Below, one piece after another: positions 29,433 through 36,556 of a stretch of 64,000 nucleotides of DNA. Numbering within the stretch: position 1 is the first letter of the stretch; every line of letters begins with the position of its first letter. The position numbers and the translations under genes were made by a program. Origin of the DNA: an uncultured virus (IMG/VR IMGVR_UViG_3300042503_001656) (taxonomy: Duplodnaviria > Heunggongvirae > Uroviricota > Caudoviricetes). The stretch covers positions 1 through 64,000 of IMG/VR virus record IMGVR_UViG_3300042503_001656; one strand, 5' to 3'. The notes under the pieces were generated by a model. It was not told the origin of the DNA. It saw nothing but the letters and a program-made list of their open reading frames with translations, and did no database searches.

Positions 29433-29641
29433 GTGAGCGAGGCTCTTCGCCTCTCCCACACACAACATAAGTGCATAGTCTCCCTTCTGGATAAGGCTCT
29501 TGTCACTGCGATAGTCCCTCCACTCTCCGGAAGTGCGATACTCCCTCCAGTCAGACAATCCGTCCTCCTCTGAATAGACCTCTCCTTATGGGGGTGACGA
29601 CCTCGTGTGTGGGTGGGGCGAAGGGGCTCGCTCTTTCTTTT
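29433..29641 (+). ncRNA. Candidate ~205-nt structured sRNA (copy 2)
   Basis: Promoter copy 29397; 29435-29463 pairs with 29605-29633; U-tract; repeated TGC(G)ATA(G/C)TC(C/T)C units. Confidence 0.75.
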
Positions 29642-29674
29642 ACATAGGGGCAAGCCCCGTCTTGCCCCTATGTA

Positions 29675-29690
29675 TATTTCACGTGAAACA
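29675..29690. promoter_or_regulatory. parS-like site (15/16)
   Basis: TATTTCACGTGAAACA. Confidence 0.6.
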
Positions 29691-29732
29691 TTGGACTTGT
29701 CGGTCAGGGGTGGGTGCGACTAAGGTGGGGGT

Positions 29733-30035
29733 ATGGAAACAGCAACAACATTGGAAACATCAGTCGGCAACCAACTCCCAAAGGGAAACGGCTCATTCTC
29801 GGTCACTACGATTGTCAATGGACTGATTATCACGCCAAGCAACTCATCAGCGATTAGTCAAATCAACTACCTCGCTGATGACAGCGTTCTTGTCGTGACA
29901 TACAGCAACGGTGGTATGTACCACTACAAAGAAGTCCCAGCAACGGTGGTATTCCACTTATTGGTTGCCGAGAGTTTTGGAAAGTTCATCAACGCACACA
30001 TCAAGCCACACTACGAGTTTCGCAAAATCTGGTAA
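29733..30035 (+). CDS. KTSC-domain protein (copy 1), leaderless
   Basis: SSAISQINY...LVVTYSNGGMYHYKEVP...LLVAESFGKFINAHIK. Confidence 0.85.
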   Translation: METATTLETSVGNQLPKGNGSFSVTTIVNGLIITPSNSSAISQINYLADDSVLVVTYSNGGMYHYKEVPATVVFHLLVAESFGKFINAHIKPHYEFRKIW

Positions 30036-30051
30036 CAAGTCCCCCCAATAG

Positions 30052-30092
30052 ATAGCCCCACCTGATACCCCGTCAGGTGGGGCTATCGCTTT
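30052..30092 (+). terminator. Intrinsic terminator of KTSC copy 1
   Basis: GATAGCCCCACCTGA...TCAGGTGGGGCTATC-GCTTT; homolog with compensatory changes at 30881-30925. Confidence 0.75.
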
Positions 30093-30163
30093 ATTACGGG
30101 GAAGCCCCGTTTCCCCGTAATAAAGATTTGTCGGTCAGGGGTGGGCCGCGATACAGTGGAGAC

Positions 30164-30379
30164 ATGAGCAGCGACACAACATACACAGAACAGCAGTACG
30201 GAACCATTGAGGAAGTTTGCATAGAACACGCCGTGTTTGGTTTCATTGAGGAGTACGGCCTGGTGGAGTCAGACTTCATCAAATGGGCTTCCGACAACGG
30301 CGTGAGCTATGAGGACTTACTGGACAACATGTACGACCACATCGACGACTTTGTGAAGGACTTGTCCACTTCTCGATAA
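30164..30379 (+). CDS. Leaderless acidic protein (MSSDT)
   Basis: Promoter copy 30128. Confidence 0.7.
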   Translation: MSSDTTYTEQQYGTIEEVCIEHAVFGFIEEYGLVESDFIKWASDNGVSYEDLLDNMYDHIDDFVKDLSTSR

Positions 30380-30506
30380 GGCCGCCAGCCCTGACCGATT
30401 CCTCCTGGTCGGTCAGGGCTTTATTCTCTCCTGAGCCCCGATTGTCCTGGTAAGAGAGTTCCATAACGAGACTGTACGAACGTACGTACGGGGCTCCCGT
30501 AGGGAG

Positions 30507-30522
30507 TGTTTCCCGTGAAACA
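30507..30522. promoter_or_regulatory. parS-like site (15/16)
   Basis: TGTTTCCCGTGAAACA. Confidence 0.6.
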
Positions 30523-30564
30523 TTGGATTTGTCGGTTAGGGGTGGGTTGTAATAAAGTGGGGGT

Positions 30565-30861
30565 ATGGAAACAGCAACAACATTAGAAACATCACTCGGC
30601 AACCAACTTCCTTCGGGCAACGGTACTTTCACTGTCCTTGACAGTGGAAACCTCATCATCAGACCAACCTCATCAGCAATCAGCAAAGTCAATTACCTCA
30701 TTGACTCGCAAGTACTTGTTGTGAAATACAACGGCAGTGAGACCAAATACTTCTATCGGAATGTTCCCGTAGCAGTGGCGTTCCACCTGCTAATCGCTGA
30801 CAGTTTCGGCAAGTTCATCAACGCTCACATCAAGCCCAACTACGAGTTCTGGACAAGTTAG
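30565..30861 (+). CDS. KTSC-domain protein (copy 2), leaderless
   Basis: SSAISKVNY...YFYRNVP...ADSFGKFINAHIK. Confidence 0.85.
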   Translation: METATTLETSLGNQLPSGNGTFTVLDSGNLIIRPTSSAISKVNYLIDSQVLVVKYNGSETKYFYRNVPVAVAFHLLIADSFGKFINAHIKPNYEFWTS

Positions 30862-30998
30862 CCCCACCAGTCCCCCAACAGATAGCCCTACCCGATACTC
30901 CTAGTCGGGTAGGGCTATCGCTTTTCCCATAGGGAAGCCCCGCTGCCCCTATGGGAGTGGACTTGTCGGCTTGGGGTGGGTGCTGCTAAATTGGAGTT

Positions 30999-31271
30999 AT
31001 GGAAACAAACAGCGAAATCAGCACCGCCCACCTTCCCCACTTCTGTGGTGAAACTTGTATGTTGGAAGCCGAGCAAGTTGGCTACTTCACGGGTGACGAT
31101 TGGGTAAATACCGAGCAAGAGTTCACCCACGAGAATCCCCATTGCGATTGGTGTGGCGAGTCTGATGATGACGGTGATGAAGATTCAGCGTGGGCAGACG
31201 CAGACGCATTACGCTCTATCGGTTGGGGTGATGACGAGGATTATGGATACTGTGGTGGTGACGACTACTAA
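30999..31271 (+). CDS. Leaderless acidic protein, paralog of 13052-13285
   Basis: METNSE start; WADADALRSIGWGDDEDY. Confidence 0.75.
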   Translation: METNSEISTAHLPHFCGETCMLEAEQVGYFTGDDWVNTEQEFTHENPHCDWCGESDDDGDEDSAWADADALRSIGWGDDEDYGYCGGDDY

Positions 31272-31419
31272 GTAACAGGGGAAGGTTAGCCTTCCCCTTA
31301 TTCTCTGCCTGAGTCCCGTTTGCTGCTGTGACTAAGTCTCTTTACAGAACTGTACGAACATACGTACGGGGCTCCGGATGAACTTGTCGGCCTGGGGTTG
31401 GCCCTGGTAGTGTCTGGGT

Positions 31420-31596
31420 ATGGAAAAAACAGTGACTATCCCGTACGCGCTACTACTCGAACTCTATGAGTCCCAGGTGTACGATGCGTACTACAACCCC
31501 CAGACAATCTACGGCCCTGGGCGACCAGAAGCCCTGGAGTTCATTGCCAAGATGAATGAGTTCGTGGCCGAGCAAGACCAATACGAAGAAGAGTAA
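31420..31596 (+). CDS. Leaderless small protein (MEKTVT..., 58 aa)
   Basis: Promoter copy 31384. Confidence 0.6.
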   Translation: MEKTVTIPYALLLELYESQVYDAYYNPQTIYGPGRPEALEFIAKMNEFVAEQDQYEEE

Positions 31597-31708
31597 CCAA
31601 AGCCCTGGCCTAGCAGCTGGGGCTTTATCTCTATTGGAGCCCCGTCTCCAATAGAGATACCCCCGACAAGATTTGTCGGGCAGGGGTGGGTCGGTCTAAG
31701 ATGGAGGC

Positions 31709-32017
31709 ATGACATCAACAGCGATTCAGTATCAAACAGCACAACACGACCTTCCAATGCCAAAGGGCAACGGAACATTTATTGTCTTTGCAGACGGAAC
31801 CCTAATGGGTCACCCCGAATCATCGGCAGTAGCAGAATGGAACTACCTTGTCCACACGGCAACGCTTGTAGTGGAATACAAGGGAAGCCCCAAGCAATAC
31901 TTCTACGAAGAAGTACCTTCCTACAAGGTCTTCCAAATGCTCGCCAGCGAAAGCATTGGGGCTTTCATCGCCAAGGCAATCAAGCCACACCATCAAGTGT
32001 GGTCGCCCGAGCGCTAA
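31709..32017 (+). CDS. KTSC-domain protein (copy 3), leaderless
   Basis: SSAVAEWNY...YFYEEVP...ASESIGAFIAKAIK. Confidence 0.8.
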   Translation: MTSTAIQYQTAQHDLPMPKGNGTFIVFADGTLMGHPESSAVAEWNYLVHTATLVVEYKGSPKQYFYEEVPSYKVFQMLASESIGAFIAKAIKPHHQVWSPER

Positions 32018-32193
32018 TCCCAACAGTTCCCCCCAAGAACGGAGAGCCCACCCACCCCCATTTGGGTGGGCTTCTCTGCTTGTGAGCCCCGTTGCAGCCA
32101 GGGAGACCGCTGCACCCCCGGACACGAAGCAGCAGCTGCGGGGCTATAAATCACGATTTGTCGGGCAGGGGTGGGGGTTGCTAAGGTGGAGGT

Positions 32194-32502
32194 ATGACAA
32201 CAGCGAAGAGCACGCAGAATGTTTCACGTGAAACATTTGAGCGAATCAGTGAAGCGGCCGAAGAATTGCGTAAAGCACTCAAGGCCTTGAACCCAGAGAC
32301 AGGGCAACTGCCCTCCTACAGCAATCCTCACCCACGAGGATGGACATCGTCTTGGGATGTCGCCCGACCTTGGGATGACACGACAATCTCCAATGCAGTC
32401 CACTACGCATTCGCCCTCATCCTTGACGAGGGCTGGGAAGACGAGATGGCCGAGAAGCAGGCCGAACTTGACGAGTTCAACAAGGAAGACGAGGAGGGAT
32501 GA
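32194..32502 (+). CDS. Leaderless hypothetical protein (contains parS-like site)
   Basis: Promoter copy 32158. Confidence 0.7.
   Translation: MTTAKSTQNVSRETFERISEAAEELRKALKALNPETGQLPSYSNPHPRGWTSSWDVARPWDDTTISNAVHYAFALILDEGWEDEMAEKQAELDEFNKEDEEG
32220..32235. promoter_or_regulatory. parS-like palindrome (perfect consensus)
   Basis: TGTTTCACGTGAAACA inside a CDS. Confidence 0.7.
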
Positions 32503-32786
32503 TGGACTTCATTCAGGAACCGAAACTGATGACCAGAGTCAAGAAGGAGAAGACCAAGGAGAAGACCAAGTACAAGGTCAGAGGATGGGTCGAGGACTTG
32601 ATGGAGAACCCGAACCGATGGGCAATCTATTCACGCCGACCGCTAGACCGACAGGGCATGGTCATGGCCTACAGTTCAATGGATGGATACAGGAAGCGTT
32701 ACCCACACATTGAATGGGCAATCTCAAAAGAAGATGACGCTTACGCAGTGTGCGGCCGATACACACCACCGACCGAGGAAGGGTAA
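32499..32786 (+). CDS. Hypothetical protein
   Basis: ATGA overlap; GGAGG SD. Confidence 0.65.
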   Translation: MMDFIQEPKLMTRVKKEKTKEKTKYKVRGWVEDLMENPNRWAIYSRRPLDRQGMVMAYSSMDGYRKRYPHIEWAISKEDDAYAVCGRYTPPTEEG

Positions 32787-32892
32787 TCAGGGGAGCGGGG
32801 CTTACCTGATTACCGGCAGCTGAAAACTTGTCGGTCAGGGGTTGTTTCAACTAAGGTTTATTTATGAAAACATTTGCTGAGAGGGCAGAGAA

Positions 32893-33321
32893 ATGATGAG
32901 AACGCCAGAACTGATTGCACAAGACCATCTTCAATGGTGCGTGGACAACCAAGACGACTGTTTCTTCAAGCCAGAAGCAGAGTTGTACGGTGTCACAGAT
33001 AAAGAGCAGTTTGTAAAGATTGCATCTGCAAAAGATGTCTATGCCCTGCTGGAAATCACTTACTCACTTCCACACAACAAGTACATCGCTCTCGCTATCC
33101 ATGTGACAGGGTTAGCGTCTCCCTTTGATGAAGATGACCCAACTCCACCATCAGAGAGAGAGGACAGCAGGCGAGTCTCTCTCGTCACTATCACCACAGA
33201 AGAGGGCATGGGGTCAGCACTAGCCTTTTCAGATACAGAAGAGATAATCACAGATGAAGGTGAAGCGTCTGGGGGTCTAGCAGAAGCCCTGCTCGATTGT
33301 TGGTTCAGGTCAGCATCATGA
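32893..33321 (+). CDS. Hypothetical protein, paralog of 35699-36172
   Basis: PSE...RRV.L...TDEG.A.G.LAEA. Confidence 0.75.
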   Translation: MMRTPELIAQDHLQWCVDNQDDCFFKPEAELYGVTDKEQFVKIASAKDVYALLEITYSLPHNKYIALAIHVTGLASPFDEDDPTPPSEREDSRRVSLVTITTEEGMGSALAFSDTEEIITDEGEASGGLAEALLDCWFRSAS

Positions 33322-33452
33322 AAAACCTGATGCTCTTCATAGTCACCGTCAGCTCGCTGGCGACCATCTTCTACATCACGCAACTCATCACTCGCCTTTT
33401 CTAACACCTGAGCCCCGCGTGCCTTGTTGGGCAACGGGGCTGCCCAGATAGA

Positions 33453-33515
33453 TAGTTGCGCCCACAACTATCTAGTTGCGCACTCAACTAATAAAGATAG
33501 TTGCGCCCACAACTA
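33453..33515. repeat. Three operator-like palindromes TAGTTG-N6-CAACTA
   Basis: Copies at 33453, 33473, 33498. Confidence 0.8.
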
Positions 33516-33620
33516 ATAAATTCCGTTTGTCGGGGAAACGACCAGAGTGTCCGTACTTCATGACGGTGGTGGATGAGTCTGAATTTGTCGGTTAGGGGTG
33601 GGTGCTACTAAGTTGGTGGC

Positions 33621-34067
33621 ATGACGAAAGCACTTTTCATCCCAGCGACAGGCGAACCACGCACCATCATTCTCCCAAAGGAGAACGCACATAAGACAAT
33701 CCACGAACTAATCGGTGGATGGTTTGACTGTGTGTCCCTATCTGACGAAGTTGTCATGTATGTCCATGACGAAGGTCTGCTCATCGGGCTTGACCCCAAT
33801 GTCACTGCCAGCACCCTGTACGGCAACCCCATCGCTGGCGATGTTCTCTTGGTCGGCACACTCAACGCACAAGGCGAGCGTGACGGTTACGACTACGACT
33901 TGCCCGAGTTCATGTTTGAGCCAACCTTTGTGGCACGAGTGAACGAAGTGAACAGCAACCCGATTCACCGAGAAATAATCTCTCTCTACATGGCACAGAT
34001 GGACTTGACTCCACGCATTACAACCCTGACAGATGACGAGTTCAACGAGTGGTTGGGGGCTAAGTGA
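33621..34067 (+). CDS. DUF3846-like protein, leaderless
   Basis: LIGGWFDCV...MYVHDEGLLIGL.PN..AS...IAGDVLLVG. Confidence 0.75.
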   Translation: MTKALFIPATGEPRTIILPKENAHKTIHELIGGWFDCVSLSDEVVMYVHDEGLLIGLDPNVTASTLYGNPIAGDVLLVGTLNAQGERDGYDYDLPEFMFEPTFVARVNEVNSNPIHREIISLYMAQMDLTPRITTLTDDEFNEWLGAK

Positions 34068-34411
34068 TGTTTGACGAAGAACCAATCGCACAACTTGAAC
34101 GAGAGTTCACCAAACTTGAATTGTCGGTCATCATTGAAGCACTAATCAACTATCGCAGTGGTGGTGTAAGACCTGACTTTGACTCAGTAGACCCTGAGAC
34201 AGTCACTATGGAGAACATTGACAGAATTGAAATTCCTGTCAAAGAGATGACCGAAGAAGATGAAGAAACAATCACAGAAATGATGATGTTGTTCATCGCT
34301 GGATTTACTCAGGTTCTCAGCGCAGAAGCTGAGATGATGGAAGAAGCAGTCACCAAAGGCACAAAGACGCTCATGGGTGAAATTACGGAATTCCTGAAAG
34401 AGCAGAAGTAA
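34064..34411 (+). CDS. Acidic hypothetical protein
   Basis: Coupled ORF. Confidence 0.65.
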   Translation: MMFDEEPIAQLEREFTKLELSVIIEALINYRSGGVRPDFDSVDPETVTMENIDRIEIPVKEMTEEDEETITEMMMLFIAGFTQVLSAEAEMMEEAVTKGTKTLMGEITEFLKEQK

Positions 34412-34491
34412 TCCCCCGGCTAGATACAGGGGGCGGGGCTCCCTGTATCTAGATTTGTCGGTCAAGGGTGGGTAGAAATAAGATGGAGAAC

Positions 34492-35064
34492 ATGAACAAG
34501 ATACAAGTATCAGCACGCAAGGGTGGCCTAGGGACAACAACAGTCGCTTGCGCTATCGCACTCACCTATTCACGCAATCACCCAACACTCAAAGTTGGGC
34601 TAGTTGATGGGTCTAGGTTCAACGACTGTCTATCAGTAATGGGGCTCAACCCTCAATCGCCAAGTATTGACGGAGTTACCGTTATCGGCAAAGAGACAGA
34701 CGGCTATGACGTTCTTGTCATTGACGCTGGAGTTACTGACCGACTAGACCCTGACGCAATCATTGTCAATGTCGTTCGCAATGAATACCTGCCTCTCAGA
34801 GCAGAGACATTCGCACGCTTGAAAAGTGACTACACAGTCGCTCTCATTCACGAGGACAACGCTCTCACTGCCAAAGATGTCGCTAATGTTCTTGGGGCAA
34901 AGATTATGAACTTCCCTATCTCATCACAGATGAGCAGAGCCATTGACGCTGGACTGTTCACTTCACGATTTGAGCAACTAGGTAACGAGTGGGCTACCGA
35001 GTTGGTGGAGAGCCTTGCGTTTAGGAACGGCCACGAACTTTTGTCGGTCAAGGGTGGGGAGTAG
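34492..35064 (+). CDS. Degenerate MinD/ParA/CpaE-like P-loop protein, leaderless
   Basis: KGGLGTTTVA deviant Walker A, VGLVD, YDVLVIDAG. Confidence 0.7.
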   Translation: MNKIQVSARKGGLGTTTVACAIALTYSRNHPTLKVGLVDGSRFNDCLSVMGLNPQSPSIDGVTVIGKETDGYDVLVIDAGVTDRLDPDAIIVNVVRNEYLPLRAETFARLKSDYTVALIHEDNALTAKDVANVLGAKIMNFPISSQMSRAIDAGLFTSRFEQLGNEWATELVESLAFRNGHELLSVKGGE

Positions 35065-35076
35065 TAAGGTAGAGAC

Positions 35077-35361
35077 ATGGAAACGAACACACTCAACGAA
35101 TACAACGAACTACGAATTGGCGACAAGGTTGGCAGTGGTGGCGAACGAATGGTTATCGCCCACACGAAGCGCAACGAACGCATTGTTGGCGAACTCTACG
35201 CAACTTGGATTGCCATTTGCGTAGACGAGACAGCGTTCCACCCTTACGCCGTTTGGACAGTCGTGGCTCGCCCTAACGGCTGGCACGCCGAGAGTGGCGA
35301 CTACTGCAAGACGCTTGATGAAGCGTTGGTCGCCTACAGGGAGCGAGGTGGAGAGGCGTGA
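35077..35361 (+). CDS. Leaderless hypothetical protein
   Basis: Promoter copy 35041; HPYAVW...GDY. Confidence 0.7.
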   Translation: METNTLNEYNELRIGDKVGSGGERMVIAHTKRNERIVGELYATWIAICVDETAFHPYAVWTVVARPNGWHAESGDYCKTLDEALVAYRERGGEA

Positions 35362-35540
35362 GAGTAGACCTCTCTACTTCCATTGAGCAATTGGATTTTG
35401 TGCACAGTCTCTTTCAAGAACTGGAGACACAGAATGTCGAGTTGCCAATGGGGGACTATCACCTCATTTATCACTATCTCGAGAACGCTCGAGAGGCACT
35501 CATTGAGTTTGAGGAAGAATTGGAAAGCCAGCTCGAGTAG
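35358..35540 (+). CDS. Acidic hypothetical protein
   Basis: GTGA overlap. Confidence 0.6.
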   Translation: MRVDLSTSIEQLDFVHSLFQELETQNVELPMGDYHLIYHYLENAREALIEFEEELESQLE

Positions 35541-35698
35541 TTGGTTTTCTTTTTCCTGAGCCCCGATTTATTGCTGCATCCACCGGGAGCAACGGGGCCC
35601 CCGATGCCACCACTCCACTACCTACGAAACTTGTCGGTTAGGGGTGGGTCTTACTAATGTGGTACTCGCAACAGCAACTCCCACGAAAGGGGAACACA

Positions 35699-36172
35699 AT
35701 GTCCACCACACTCACCGAAATCGCCACCGAAGCAGAACTCTTTGTTCATGACTTCTTGGGTGCTTTCACCAACGAACAGGACAGTCTCTACATGAGCAAC
35801 GCCCACCTTCTTGTTGTCAAGGCAACTGATGACGGCGTAATCGTTGAGCCTGTCACTTCTGGCGAAGATGTGTACGAACTCATTGACGAAGTAATCGCTG
35901 AAACTCCGTTTCCTGTTCGTGCTTCTGACATTCTCGCCATTGTCACAACAGGGTGGGCTGCCCCACTCAACGCACAAGGCGAAGTAGATGGGCGACCTTC
36001 TGAACACGCACAACGCCGTCGTGTCCGTCTTATGTCATGCGTTCGCCGTAGTGACCTTCGTGTAGCAAGCGTTCTCCGTTTTGGAGATACTGACGAAGTA
36101 ACTACTGACGAAGGAAGCGCAACGGGCGCACTTGCCGAAGCCATGCTGGCTCTTGGTAACGCTGGCAAGTAA
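35699..36172 (+). CDS. Hypothetical protein, paralog of 32893-33321
   Basis: Promoter copy 35631, AAAGGGG SD. Confidence 0.75.
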   Translation: MSTTLTEIATEAELFVHDFLGAFTNEQDSLYMSNAHLLVVKATDDGVIVEPVTSGEDVYELIDEVIAETPFPVRASDILAIVTTGWAAPLNAQGEVDGRPSEHAQRRRVRLMSCVRRSDLRVASVLRFGDTDEVTTDEGSATGALAEAMLALGNAGK

Positions 36173-36405
36173 TGAACAACTACTACCGTTTCTATCGGGC
36201 AGTTTGGGTGGGGAGAGTTACGGCTCTCCCCACTACCGAGCTGTACGGTGCTGTTGTTGGCACTTACTACCCAACTGACGACACCGACCTTTCTACTGCC
36301 ATTGCCGACCTTGCTTATGAAGAACTATCTAGGCGTGGCGAAATGAGACCCCGGGGCTCAGCCACGCCTACTGTCGCAAAACTTGTCGGTTTGGGGTGGG
36401 CGTGA
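36172..36405 (+). CDS. Hypothetical protein ending in a promoter repeat
   Basis: TAATG coupling. Confidence 0.55.
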   Translation: MNNYYRFYRAVWVGRVTALPTTELYGAVVGTYYPTDDTDLSTAIADLAYEELSRRGEMRPRGSATPTVAKLVGLGWA

Positions 36406-36418
36406 CTAAGGTTGAGCC

Positions 36419-36556
36419 ATGACCAATAAACAAGAACAAGAAATGTGTGAGCGCAACTACTGTGACGAAGTAGCCGTGAACACTTGCCCTAACGGTTTCC
36501 TGGTGTGCCAAGCGCACGCTGAAGAGGCATGGGAGAAAGACGGTATCCACTCATGA
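36419..36556 (+). CDS. Leaderless Cys microprotein (45 aa)
   Basis: Promoter copy 36383; ATGA overlap with next gene. Confidence 0.6.
   Translation: MTNKQEQEMCERNYCDEVAVNTCPNGFLVCQAHAEEAWEKDGIHS

Noticed and set aside
34121..34140. TTGTCGGTC inside CDS 34064-34411
   Set aside because: Lacks the G-rich spacer and a start at +36; not counted as a promoter copy.
16194..34452. Hairpins as true integron attC sites
   Set aside because: No RYYYAAC/GTTRRRY ends and no integrase in the window; kept only as an analogy.
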